Source of the DNA: an uncultured bacterium
Lineage (GTDB): Bacteria > DYJV01 > JALVYZ01
Direction of reading: 5' to 3'
NCBI GenBank assembly: GCA_964593895.1
Contig: CAZQKL010000002.1
Coordinates: 1 to 48,290 of the forward strand
DNA length: 48,290 nt
Below the pieces are notes generated by a model that was given only the letters and a program-made list of their open reading frames with translations, ran no database searches and was not told the origin of the DNA. Positions 17,773-26,346 of this stretch are shown here, piece by piece. A program made the translations under genes and the position numbers. How positions within the stretch are numbered: the first letter of the stretch is position 1; each line of letters starts with the position of its first letter.

Positions 17773-19036
17773 AAGCTAATCTATTTGAATACTGCTCAAT
17801 TAAATCTTTATGAATAATTTTTATTAACCCTTCCTCAACTTTTAAAAATCCTCTTTTTATAAAAATTTCAAGAGCTTTTTTCATATTTTCATCATTTATA
17901 TCTTCAATTTTAACATCTCTATTTTTCATTAAAAAATTTGCAAGAAGATAGGTAGAAGTTGGAACTATATTTTTTCTTAAAATTTCAATAATATTATGAG
18001 CAAATTCTTTTGGAGATAAACTATTATCTGGTGAAACCTCAATTGGAGAAAGTATTTTTACAAAAATTTCAGCGTTTTTAAAATTTTTATACTCATAATT
18101 TAAATATGATAGCTCCTGAAATAGGTCTCTATCAGTTATATTCTTTCCATTCTGAGCTTCAAATAGGGAAGTATCTTCTGGAACAACTGTGTAAGAAATT
18201 GTTATTGGGGTAAAATAAGCTTTTCTATTTTTACTTTTTATAAATTCAAAAATATCTGTAATTATTCCCAATTTAGGTTTTCCAATTTTTCCATCCCTTG
18301 AGCGTCCACCTTCAATATAAAATAAAAATGGTTCATTTTTTTCCCAAAGATAAAAATTGTAATATTTAAAAGCCATTCTATAAAGTGGATTGTGTATCCA
18401 TTTAAAATTCTCTTTTAAATAATCTCTTCTAAGTTTTTCAACATTAAGTTTTGGAAGAAGAATTTTTGAAATTCCCCTATATAAATTTGCTCCTGCAACT
18501 ATAACAGGATGAAATAATTTTAATCTATTTAATACAAATGCTATTGGAATGTGGTCAGCATTGGAAACATGATTTGGAAGATAAAATAATGGGAAATTCC
18601 CTTGAATTTTTTTTATTTTTTCAATATCTTTCCTATCTGCAACAACTTTTAAATTTTTTATAAATTGCCTAAATTTAATTTTACATACATACTTAAAAAA
18701 AATCAAAAATGCAGGATTAAAATCAGCTGAAATATCTTCAAGATAGTATTTTGAAAGAAAATTTATAACTTCATCAATTGATTTTAAATTATTTAATTTT
18801 TGAAGTAATTTTTCATACTTTTCTCCACTTCTATTTTTAAAATAAATCTTCTGTAAAATTTTTGCCTCTTCACCAATTATATATTTTTTTATTGAATGTC
18901 TATTAAAATAATTTTCAATTTCATTTAAAACTTCATTAATTGCGGATTCTTTTATAATTCTCTGTTTATTCAAAAAAAATTTATTTGCAAAAGCAATAAT
19001 TAACCTATTATCAAAAAAATTTAAAATTTTTTTCAT
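17753..19036 (-). CDS. Glycerol-3-phosphate/glycerolipid acyltransferase-like protein (GPAT/PlsB-type motifs)
   Basis: H(X)4D motif in LPNHVSNADH and the GPAT block III-like motif YIEGGRSRDGK. 427 aa. Confidence 0.6.
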   Translation of the reverse strand: MKKILNFFDNRLIIAFANKFFLNKQRIIKESAINEVLNEIENYFNRHSIKKYIIGEEAKILQKIYFKNRSGEKYEKLLQKLNNLKSIDEVINFLSKYYLEDISADFNPAFLIFFKYVCKIKFRQFIKNLKVVADRKDIEKIKKIQGNFPLFYLPNHVSNADHIPIAFVLNRLKLFHPVIVAGANLYRGISKILLPKLNVEKLRRDYLKENFKWIHNPLYRMAFKYYNFYLWEKNEPFLFYIEGGRSRDGKIGKPKLGIITDIFEFIKSKNRKAYFTPITISYTVVPEDTSLFEAQNGKNITDRDLFQELSYLNYEYKNFKNAEIFVKILSPIEVSPDNSLSPKEFAHNIIEILRKNIVPTSTYLLANFLMKNRDVKIEDINDENMKKALEIFIKRGFLKVEEGLIKIIHKDLIEQYSNRLAFKDSSK

Positions 19037-19038
19037 TT

Positions 19039-21405
19039 TTAATTTCTTGAAAGATATTTTTCAGCAGATTTTATAGGAATGGGTTTTGCAAATAAAAATC
19101 CCTGTATAATGTCACAGCCAAGTTTTCTAAGCTCATTTAATTGAGCGTCTTTTTCAACTCCTTCAGCAATTGTTTTCATATTTAACTTTTTTGCCAAATC
19201 AATAATTATTTCAACAACTTGATATGTTCTTTCATCAACAAGAAATTTTCTAATAAAGGAAATATCAATTTTTAAATAATCAACAGGTATTTCAGTTAAA
19301 TATGACAATGAGGAATATCCAGTTCCAAAATCATCAAGTAAAATCTTTATATTTTGTTTCTGTAAAATCTTTACAACTTCTTTTGCATATTCTGGATTAT
19401 TCACAAGCATTCTTTCAGTTATTTCAACATTTAAAAAATTTTCTTTTAAATCCTTAACTTTTGACACAATAAAATCTATAATATCTTTTTTTGCAAAACT
19501 TCTTGCGGTTAGGTTAACTGAAATTGGTTTTATTTCATAACCTTTTGAACTCCAGAAGATAATTGTTTCAATAATTTTGCTAATTATACTTTTTTCAACT
19601 TCAAATATAAACTCTGAACTTTCAAGAGCTTCAATAAAAAAATATGGGGTAATTATTCCTTTTTCAGGATGATTAATTCTTAAAAGGGACTCAAAGCCTG
19701 CTAATTTTAAAGACTCAGCATAAAAATATGGTTGTAAATAAACCTCAAACCAATTATTTTCATAAGCATTAACAATAAGATTTCTTGATTCTCTCTCTTT
19801 AATAATTATTTTTTCAATATCTTTATTAAATATTGCAAATCTATTTGGACCTTTTTCTTTTGCAATGTTTAAGGCTGTTCTCGCATTATTTATAAGTTCA
19901 TTTATATCCACTCCATCTCTTTCATAAAAAGAGACTCCAATGTTAATATCAATATTCAAATTTTTTTCTGTAAATTTTGACACTTTAAATATTTCAACAA
20001 TGCTCTGTAAAAAAGAGATAATATCTTTTCCATCAACTATTGTGAAAAATGAAAATTCATCACCACCTGTTCTTGAAACAACTCCATCTGGAATTAATCT
20101 TTCAAGAAGGGAGGCAACTTCTTTAAGCAAAATATCGCCTATTTTATTAGAAAAAACCTTATTCAGATATGAAAAATTATAAATATCAAGGACAAATATT
20201 CCACCAACCTTCCCTTCTGAAATTTCATTAACTTTTCTTTGAACTTCAAAAATAAACCCATATCTGTTTAAAACTCCTGTTAAAATATCATAAAATTTTA
20301 ACCTATAAACTTCTCCTTCAAGCTTTTCCTCTCTTGTTAAATCTTTTCCAAGAGCAACAAAGTATTCAATTTTATTTCCTATTTTTACTGGAATAATTAA
20401 ATGTTCAACTTTAAAAAAATTACCAAATTTATCCTTGTTAATTATTACACAACTGAAAGGTTTTCCAGATTTTAAGGTGGTCCACATCTTTTCATAAAAT
20501 TTTTTATCATAAAATCCAGATTTTAATATTTTAGGATTGTTCCCAATTAACTCCTGTTTTGAGTATTTTGATAATCTTTCAACTGTTTTATTTACATAAA
20601 TAATTGTTCCATTTTTATCTGTAATTAAAACCCAGTCTGGACTGTTTTCCAAAGCACTATACAAAATCTTTATATTTTTCTCCTTTTCTATTTTATCAAG
20701 TCCAAAAGAAATAGCTTCCTTAACTTCTTCAAGTAGTCTTCTTTCACTTAAATTGAAATATTCTGGAACTTTGGAAAAAATCCCAAGAACATATCTTATC
20801 TTATCTCCTTTTTTTAATGGAATTAAACATACAGAACTGTATTTGCATTCATTAACCTTATTATAAATAAAAACAATCTTATTTTTCAAAATTTCTGCAA
20901 TAACATCTTGCTTTTCAACACAATTTATGAAGAATTTATTTGTTGAATATAGCTTACCTTCTGAAAATTCAGCAATTTCTACATCATCTGCTTCATAAAT
21001 ATCTTTTACTTCATTTAAAATTCTTTTTATAAATGTTTTCTCATCTTCACATAAATTTAAAACTGAATTTATGTTTCCAATCAAATGATATGCTTTTTCA
21101 AGGAATTTTTGAACTGAAATATTGAAAAAAATTAAAATTTTTATATCATTTAAATCTGTGAAATATAGCTGACATTTGACAAGTGCTCCATTTTTTCTCT
21201 TTAAATCCCATTCAAAACTATTTTTTTCAATCTCTGGCTCATTGAAAAATATATCATTTAGGCTAATTTTTTTAAATTCATCCTCACTGTATCCAAGTAT
21301 TTCAATTGCTCCTTTATTCACATAGATTATTTCATCTTTTTTATAAGCTATTACTCCAAAAAAGGGGATGTTTTTTATTAGCCCAATAATATCTAAATTA
21401 ATCAT
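19039..21405 (-). CDS. Multi-sensor PAS/PAS - GGDEF - EAL cyclic-di-GMP turnover protein
   Basis: PAS-like repeats (IIYVNKGAIEILGYSEDEF; DWVLITDKNGTIIYVNKTVERLSKYSKQEL). Intact GGDEF (SRTGGDEFSFF). EAL domain with an ESLLR variant, DDFGTGYSS and EGVE. Confidence 0.85.
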   Translation of the reverse strand: MINLDIIGLIKNIPFFGVIAYKKDEIIYVNKGAIEILGYSEDEFKKISLNDIFFNEPEIEKNSFEWDLKRKNGALVKCQLYFTDLNDIKILIFFNISVQKFLEKAYHLIGNINSVLNLCEDEKTFIKRILNEVKDIYEADDVEIAEFSEGKLYSTNKFFINCVEKQDVIAEILKNKIVFIYNKVNECKYSSVCLIPLKKGDKIRYVLGIFSKVPEYFNLSERRLLEEVKEAISFGLDKIEKEKNIKILYSALENSPDWVLITDKNGTIIYVNKTVERLSKYSKQELIGNNPKILKSGFYDKKFYEKMWTTLKSGKPFSCVIINKDKFGNFFKVEHLIIPVKIGNKIEYFVALGKDLTREEKLEGEVYRLKFYDILTGVLNRYGFIFEVQRKVNEISEGKVGGIFVLDIYNFSYLNKVFSNKIGDILLKEVASLLERLIPDGVVSRTGGDEFSFFTIVDGKDIISFLQSIVEIFKVSKFTEKNLNIDINIGVSFYERDGVDINELINNARTALNIAKEKGPNRFAIFNKDIEKIIIKERESRNLIVNAYENNWFEVYLQPYFYAESLKLAGFESLLRINHPEKGIITPYFFIEALESSEFIFEVEKSIISKIIETIIFWSSKGYEIKPISVNLTARSFAKKDIIDFIVSKVKDLKENFLNVEITERMLVNNPEYAKEVVKILQKQNIKILLDDFGTGYSSLSYLTEIPVDYLKIDISFIRKFLVDERTYQVVEIIIDLAKKLNMKTIAEGVEKDAQLNELRKLGCDIIQGFLFAKPIPIKSAEKYLSRN

Positions 21406-22477
21406 ATAGCACCTTTAAAATATTGTAAAATGTATCTCTTTGAGCTGGGATAAATCCTGCATCTTTGATTAAAAAGATAATATCCTCTTTTTTTAAATTA
21501 AAACTTACTCCTGCAGATTTTACAACATTTTCTTCAATCATTGTGCTTCCAAAATCATTTGCTCCAAAAAATAGTGAAATTTGAGCAACTTTTGCTCCCT
21601 GAGTGACCCATGAAGTTTGAATATTCTTTATATTTTGCAAAACAATTCTTGAAATAGCCAATATCTTCAAAAATTCAACGCCACCTGCCTTATATTTTAC
21701 AACATTCTCAAGAGCTGTATTTTTTGGTTGAAAACTCCAGCATATAAAAGCAGTAAAACCTCCTGTTTTATCCTGAATTTCCTTAATTCTAAATAGATGC
21801 TCAATAATATCTTTCTCATCTTCAATAGAACCAAACATCATTGTTGCAGTTGATTTTAAGCCAAGTTCATGTGCAGTAATCATAACTTCAGCCCATTTTT
21901 CCCATGGAATTTTATTTGGGCTTATCTTTTTTCTCACTGAATTTACAAGAATTTCAGCTCCACCTCCTGGAATTGAACCAAGTCCAGCTTGTTTTAATTT
22001 TTCAATTGTTTCTTTTATGGTTAATTTTGAATTTTCAGCTATATGACAAATTTCTGGAGCACTTAATCCATGAATGTTTATATTAAACCTTTCCTTTATT
22101 TTGGAAAAAAGTTCAATGAAGTAATCTATTTTTAAATCTGGATGAAGTCCTCCCTGAATTAAAATCTGCGTTCCTTCAAGATTTATTGTCTCTTCTATTT
22201 TTTTAAAAATTTCATCAAAGCTTAAAAAATAAGCATCTTTATCATTTTTATCTCTGTAAAATGCACAAAATTTACATTTACATTTGCATATATTTGTATA
22301 ATTTATGTTTCTATCAACAACAAAAGTCACAATTTTTGAATTATTATGAATTTTATTTCTAATAAAATGAGCTGTTTTTCCAAGTGTGATTAAATCACAT
22401 TTTTTTAATAAAATTAATGCTTCTTCTCTGTTTACTTCCTCTCCATTGTAAACTTTTTCTAAAATTTTATCCAACAT
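21398..22477 (-). CDS. mqnC: Radical SAM menaquinone (futalosine pathway) enzyme, MqnC-like (cyclic dehypoxanthinyl futalosine synthase)
   Basis: CofH/MqnC/MqnE-family layout with a CKCKCKFC (CxxxCxxC) cluster. The preceding VTFVVDRNINYTN resembles MqnC rather than MqnE. The C-versus-E assignment is from memory of family consensus only. Confidence 0.6.
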   Translation of the reverse strand: MLDKILEKVYNGEEVNREEALILLKKCDLITLGKTAHFIRNKIHNNSKIVTFVVDRNINYTNICKCKCKFCAFYRDKNDKDAYFLSFDEIFKKIEETINLEGTQILIQGGLHPDLKIDYFIELFSKIKERFNINIHGLSAPEICHIAENSKLTIKETIEKLKQAGLGSIPGGGAEILVNSVRKKISPNKIPWEKWAEVMITAHELGLKSTATMMFGSIEDEKDIIEHLFRIKEIQDKTGGFTAFICWSFQPKNTALENVVKYKAGGVEFLKILAISRIVLQNIKNIQTSWVTQGAKVAQISLFFGANDFGSTMIEENVVKSAGVSFNLKKEDIIFLIKDAGFIPAQRDTFYNILKVLYD

Positions 22478-22479
22478 TT

Positions 22480-23550
22480 TTAATTGTATATCATTAACTT
22501 ATTGTAAAATGAATCCCTTTCAACAGGTATTTTCCCAGCTTTTTTAATTAAATAAACAATTTCATCAACAGTTAAACCTTCTTTTGATAAAGCGTTTGCA
22601 GAATGGGTAATTCTTTCTTTAACAACAGTTCCATCAAAATCGTTTGCTCCAAAGTTAAGTGCAATTTGTGCACACTTTTCTGTTAGCATAACCCAGTAAG
22701 CTTTTATGTTTTTGATGTTGTTTAAAAAAATCCTACTTATTGCAATTGTTTTTAAATCATCAATTCCAGTTGTGTATGGAAATTTTTTAATCTGGGTATT
22801 TTTTGCATGAAATGATAAAGGAATAAAAGCAAGAAATCCTCCTGTTTTTTCCTGCAGGTCTCTTAACATTTTAAGATGTAAAATCCTGTCTTTTATACTT
22901 TCAACATGACCATATAGCATTGTGCAATTTGTTTTTATTCCAAGATTATGGGCAATTTCAATAACTTCAAGCCATCTTTTCCCTGATATCTTTTCTGGAC
23001 ATATTTTTTTTCTTACATCCTCAACTAAAATTTCAGCTCCACCTCCAGGCATAAGGTCAAGTCCAGCATCTTTTAATATTTCAAGAACTTCTTTTACTGA
23101 TTTTCCAGAAATTCTACTAAAATAATCTATCTCAACTGCAGTGAAAGCTTTTAAAATTATTTTTGGATGAGCTTTTTTTAACTCTTTTAAAAGATTAACA
23201 TAATAATCAAATGGCCATTCTGGATGAAGCCCACCAACTATGTGAAATTCTGTTATTCCAAATTCCTCAGAATTTTCACATTCTTTTAAAATTTTTTCAA
23301 TTGAATATTCATAACTACCTTTTTCTCCTTTGCTTTTTGAAAAAGCACAAAATTTACATCTATTTACACAAATATTTGTTGGATTTATATGCTTGTTTAT
23401 ATTGAAATAAACATATTTGGAATTTTTTATCTCTGCAAGTTCTCCAAGAGTGTGAATATCAACTTCATTGAATAAGAAAATAGCTTCATCTTCTGAAATC
23501 GGGTAATTTCCCTCTATTTTTTTTCTTATATCTTTCAGTTTCAAACTCAT
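22480..23550 (-). CDS. mqnE: Radical SAM menaquinone (futalosine pathway) enzyme, MqnE-like (aminofutalosine synthase)
   Basis: Paralog of the adjacent gene. CVNRCKFC cluster preceded by YVYFNINKHINPTN, which resembles the MqnE consensus (YFNVNRHIN). Confidence 0.6.
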   Translation of the reverse strand: MSLKLKDIRKKIEGNYPISEDEAIFLFNEVDIHTLGELAEIKNSKYVYFNINKHINPTNICVNRCKFCAFSKSKGEKGSYEYSIEKILKECENSEEFGITEFHIVGGLHPEWPFDYYVNLLKELKKAHPKIILKAFTAVEIDYFSRISGKSVKEVLEILKDAGLDLMPGGGAEILVEDVRKKICPEKISGKRWLEVIEIAHNLGIKTNCTMLYGHVESIKDRILHLKMLRDLQEKTGGFLAFIPLSFHAKNTQIKKFPYTTGIDDLKTIAISRIFLNNIKNIKAYWVMLTEKCAQIALNFGANDFDGTVVKERITHSANALSKEGLTVDEIVYLIKKAGKIPVERDSFYNKLMIYN

Positions 23551-24212
23551 TTTATTCTGAATACTACAAAATTTATAACTTTTTTAAGTTCATTTTCATT
23601 AACATCTGGACATGCTTTAATTATTGCTTTAATTATGTTATCTTCAATAATTACTGATAATTTAGCTTCATAATTTGGTATCTCTTCAAGAAATTTATCA
23701 TCAACAAGCTTTTTAAAATCCTCACTAACCTTTTTGGCAATATAATTGTATAAATTATTTAAGTCAACTTGATATTTTGATTTGAATATACATGTGACCT
23801 GACATGTTAAAATTCTTTTAGAATTAACTCCATTAAATTCATATCCCATCATAAAATTAAAATTATAAGTTTTTGTCTCCTGTTCAATTTTTGCCTGAAG
23901 CATTTTCTCTTTTGTTATATAGATTACTTTTGGATTTATTTTCAGGAAATTTGACTTAATAACAATTTTTTTTGTTGCTTGTTTATAACATAAAAAAGCT
24001 AAAACTAAATTTATTATTCCCAAAAAAACAATAATTCCAAAAAAAATTAATTTTTTTTTATCCTTTTTTTCTTCAGGTTTTTCTTGAGGTTTATTTTCTT
24101 TTTCTTTTTTCTCTTCAGGTTTTTCAGGCTCTTTCTCTTCTACATCTTCTTCTTTTATCTCTTCAATAATTTTTTCTACATCTAATTTATCAAGTTCAGT
24201 CTTTTTTGCCAT
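23547..24212 (-). CDS. Hypothetical single-pass membrane protein with a K/E/P-rich N-terminal tail; possibly FliL-like
   Basis: About 55 aa of charged low-complexity sequence, one TM (LIFFGIIVFLGIINLVLAFLCY), then a domain of about 140 aa ending VINFVVFRIK. This resembles the FliL C-terminal pattern (E. coli ends VLYTAFILR). Similarity was judged by eye only. Confidence 0.4.
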   Translation of the reverse strand: MAKKTELDKLDVEKIIEEIKEEDVEEKEPEKPEEKKEKENKPQEKPEEKKDKKKLIFFGIIVFLGIINLVLAFLCYKQATKKIVIKSNFLKINPKVIYITKEKMLQAKIEQETKTYNFNFMMGYEFNGVNSKRILTCQVTCIFKSKYQVDLNNLYNYIAKKVSEDFKKLVDDKFLEEIPNYEAKLSVIIEDNIIKAIIKACPDVNENELKKVINFVVFRIK

Positions 24213-25385
24213 TTAAACAACCTTTACAAGCTCTTTTACTGCATCTTCAAGGCCTTCAATAGTTAAAGGAAACATTGGAAAAACTCTTTTTATCGCATTA
24301 ATAGTTGGATGGTCCCAATAATACTTTTTTACAGGATTTAACCAAACAACCTTTTTAAAATGGCTTGCAATCCTTTTTAACCATTCAATTCCTGGAGTTT
24401 CATTATAAAACCAGTAATCTATATTTCCACCTTTCATAAAAAGCTCACTTGGAGCCATCATTGCATCGCCAACAATTATTACTCTGTAATCAATTTCAAA
24501 ATTTTTAAAAAGAAGTGGTGTTGGATAAACTTTTCCCTTCTCATAATCAAGATAAAGATAATCGTAAATGCAATTGTGAAAATAGAAAAACTTGAAGTCT
24601 CTAAAATGCTGTATAGAATTTGCAGCAGAAAATAATCTATCAACCAATCTTGCATGGGGAAGCATTGAACCGCCTGTATCCATTAAAAGAAGAAGTTTAA
24701 CATTGTTTTTTTTAGCTTTCTTAAATACAAGTTCAATCTCTCCTCCATTTTTACATGTTTTGTCAATAGTTTCATCTAAATCAAGTTCTTCCTCTGCACC
24801 AATTCTTTGCAAAATTCTTAATTTTTTTAAAGCAACTTTTATCTGCCTTACATCAAGAGTTACATCAGTTCTGTAATTTTTAAATCTTCTTTCTGATGCT
24901 ATCTGAATTGCAGACCTATTTTTTGATTCTCCACCTACTCTTATTCCTTCAGGGTGATATCCTGAATGTCCAAATGGACTTGTTCCTCCTGTGCCAATCC
25001 ATTTTGAACCACCATCATGACGCTCTTTCTGTTCTTTTAATCTCTCATAAAAAAGCTTTCTTAATTCTTCAAAATTGTATCTTTTAATCTTTTTTAATTC
25101 TTCTCTGGAAAGTTCCTTATTTTGAATAGCTTTTGCAAGCCATTTTAATACTTTTTCAATTTCAACTTTATCGTAACCTAAATTTTCAAAATAAGTTTTA
25201 AATGCAATATCAAATTGGTCGTAAAAAGTTTCAGATTTAACAAGAATGCTTCTTGCAAGATAGTAAAAATCTGTAAGAGAATTATTTGCAAAACCTTCAT
25301 ACAAAGCTTTTGTGAAAGTCATCCATTCTGTTATTGTAACAGGAATTTTAAATGCCCGTAATGTATAAAAAAAATCTAAAAACAT
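24213..25385 (-). CDS. VWA-domain protein, CoxE-like partner of a MoxR ATPase
   Basis: N-terminus MFLDFFYTLRAFKIPVT, a conserved glycine-rich block (GGSKWIGTGGTSPFGHSGYHPEGIRVGG) and a C-terminal VWA fold with a MIDAS-like LLLMDTGGSM. Lies 1 nt downstream of the MoxR gene. Confidence 0.7.
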   Translation of the reverse strand: MFLDFFYTLRAFKIPVTITEWMTFTKALYEGFANNSLTDFYYLARSILVKSETFYDQFDIAFKTYFENLGYDKVEIEKVLKWLAKAIQNKELSREELKKIKRYNFEELRKLFYERLKEQKERHDGGSKWIGTGGTSPFGHSGYHPEGIRVGGESKNRSAIQIASERRFKNYRTDVTLDVRQIKVALKKLRILQRIGAEEELDLDETIDKTCKNGGEIELVFKKAKKNNVKLLLLMDTGGSMLPHARLVDRLFSAANSIQHFRDFKFFYFHNCIYDYLYLDYEKGKVYPTPLLFKNFEIDYRVIIVGDAMMAPSELFMKGGNIDYWFYNETPGIEWLKRIASHFKKVVWLNPVKKYYWDHPTINAIKRVFPMFPLTIEGLEDAVKELVKVV

Positions 25386-25386
25386 C

Positions 25387-26229
25387 TTACCAGTTAATTA
25401 TTCTTTTTGCTTTTTTTGAGCTTTTTAATAATTCAAAATCTTGCTCATTTTTTATTAATGCACCAAGAAAAGGCAGCTCTGAAATCTCTTTTGATTTAAT
25501 CTTTACACCACTAACAATTAACACTCTTATCCAGTCAATTAGTTCACTTGTTGAAGGTTTTTTTCTTAAATCCTCAATTTCTCGCAATTTGTAAAAAGCT
25601 TCAATGGCATAATTTAAAAGTTTTTTATCAATATCTGGAAAATGAACCTTAACAATTTTTTCCATCAATTCAGGAGTGGGAAATTCAATATAGTGAAATA
25701 TACATCTTCTTAAAAAAGCATCTGGAAGTTCCTTTTCAGAATTGCTCGTAATTATAACTATTGGCCTATTTTTAGCTTTTATAACTTCATCTGTTTCATA
25801 AATGTAAAAGCTCATTTCATCAAGCTCATGCAACAGGTCATTTGGAAATTCAATATCAGCTTTATCAATTTCATCAATTAACAATACTGCCTTTTCATCA
25901 CATAAAAATGCTTTTGCAAGAGGTCCAAACCTTATGTATTGCCTTATATTTGAAATGTCTCTATCTTTAAACCTTGCATCATTTAATCTTCTTACTGTGT
26001 CATAAATGTATAATCCTTCTTGTGCCTTTGTTGTCGATTTTATATTCCATATAAATAGAGGCTTGTTTAATGCTTCTGCAATAGCTTTTGCAAGTAAAGT
26101 TTTACCAGTTCCAGGTTCACCTTTTATTAAAAGTGGCTTTTCAAGAGCAATTGCGACATTTACAGCATTTTGCAAACTTTCATCAGCTATATACTGGTTG
26201 GTTCCTTTAAAATAGTTAAACTTTGTCAC
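25387..26229 (-). CDS. MoxR-family AAA+ ATPase (CoxD/APE2220-like)
   Basis: Walker A GEPGTGKT, Walker B LLIDEIDKA, about 280 aa, single AAA+ module. Start set to GTG 26229, 6 nt after AGGAGG (26236-26241). The TTG at 26235 in the track abuts the Shine-Dalgarno directly. Confidence 0.8.
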   Translation of the reverse strand: MTKFNYFKGTNQYIADESLQNAVNVAIALEKPLLIKGEPGTGKTLLAKAIAEALNKPLFIWNIKSTTKAQEGLYIYDTVRRLNDARFKDRDISNIRQYIRFGPLAKAFLCDEKAVLLIDEIDKADIEFPNDLLHELDEMSFYIYETDEVIKAKNRPIVIITSNSEKELPDAFLRRCIFHYIEFPTPELMEKIVKVHFPDIDKKLLNYAIEAFYKLREIEDLRKKPSTSELIDWIRVLIVSGVKIKSKEISELPFLGALIKNEQDFELLKSSKKAKRIINW

Positions 26230-26264
26230 CTCCAACCTCCTTTTATTTTCTCACCGAAGAAAAA

Positions 26265-26338
26265 TTTATACCAGTTTTTACTCAAATATGCAAGATGAGG
26301 AAAAAAATCTTGCAAAAATAAATTAATTATTTTAAATT
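26265..26338. promoter_or_regulatory. Divergent promoter pair (MoxR operon / cheA operon) with back-to-back -35 hexamers
   Basis: Minus strand: TTGCAT (26288-26293), 17 nt, TATAAA (26265-26270), then a leader with AGGAGG. Plus strand: TTGCAA (26310-26315), 17 nt, TAAATT (26333-26338), 8 nt before ATG 26347. The -35 boxes lie within the 8-bp inverted repeat TGCAAGAT/ATCTTGCA (26289-26314). Confidence 0.5.
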
Positions 26339-26346
26339 TATTTGAA

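Noticed and set aside
24040-24212. The repetitive K/E/P-rich coding stretch (EKKEKENKPQEKPEEKKDKKK) as a possible tandem DNA repeat or contingency locus.
   Set aside because: It is low-complexity purine/pyrimidine-biased coding sequence without exact tandem repeat units. It is consistent with a disordered charged tail rather than a slippage-prone repeat.
26230-26235. TTG start for the MoxR ATPase, as given in the ORF track.
   Set aside because: The AGGAGG Shine-Dalgarno (26236-26241) abuts this TTG with zero spacing. The in-frame GTG at 26229 has the proper 6-nt spacing.
26289-26314. A shared chemotaxis operator. CAAGA...TCTTG inverted repeats lie about 32-33 nt upstream of both cheA (26289-26314) and the MCP gene (37658-37679).
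   Set aside because: The half-site spacing differs (12 versus 8 nt between CAAGA and TCTTG). The arms coincide with outward-facing -35 hexamers of divergent promoters. The same architecture occurs at the non-chemotaxis liv junction. Promoter geometry explains the symmetry better than a common regulator.
26299-26314. Sigma-54 promoter (GG-N10-GC, TTGCA) upstream of cheA.
   Set aside because: The GG (26299-26300) and GC (26312-26313) are separated by 11 nt rather than the required 10, and the -24 region (TGAGGA) does not resemble TGGCAC.
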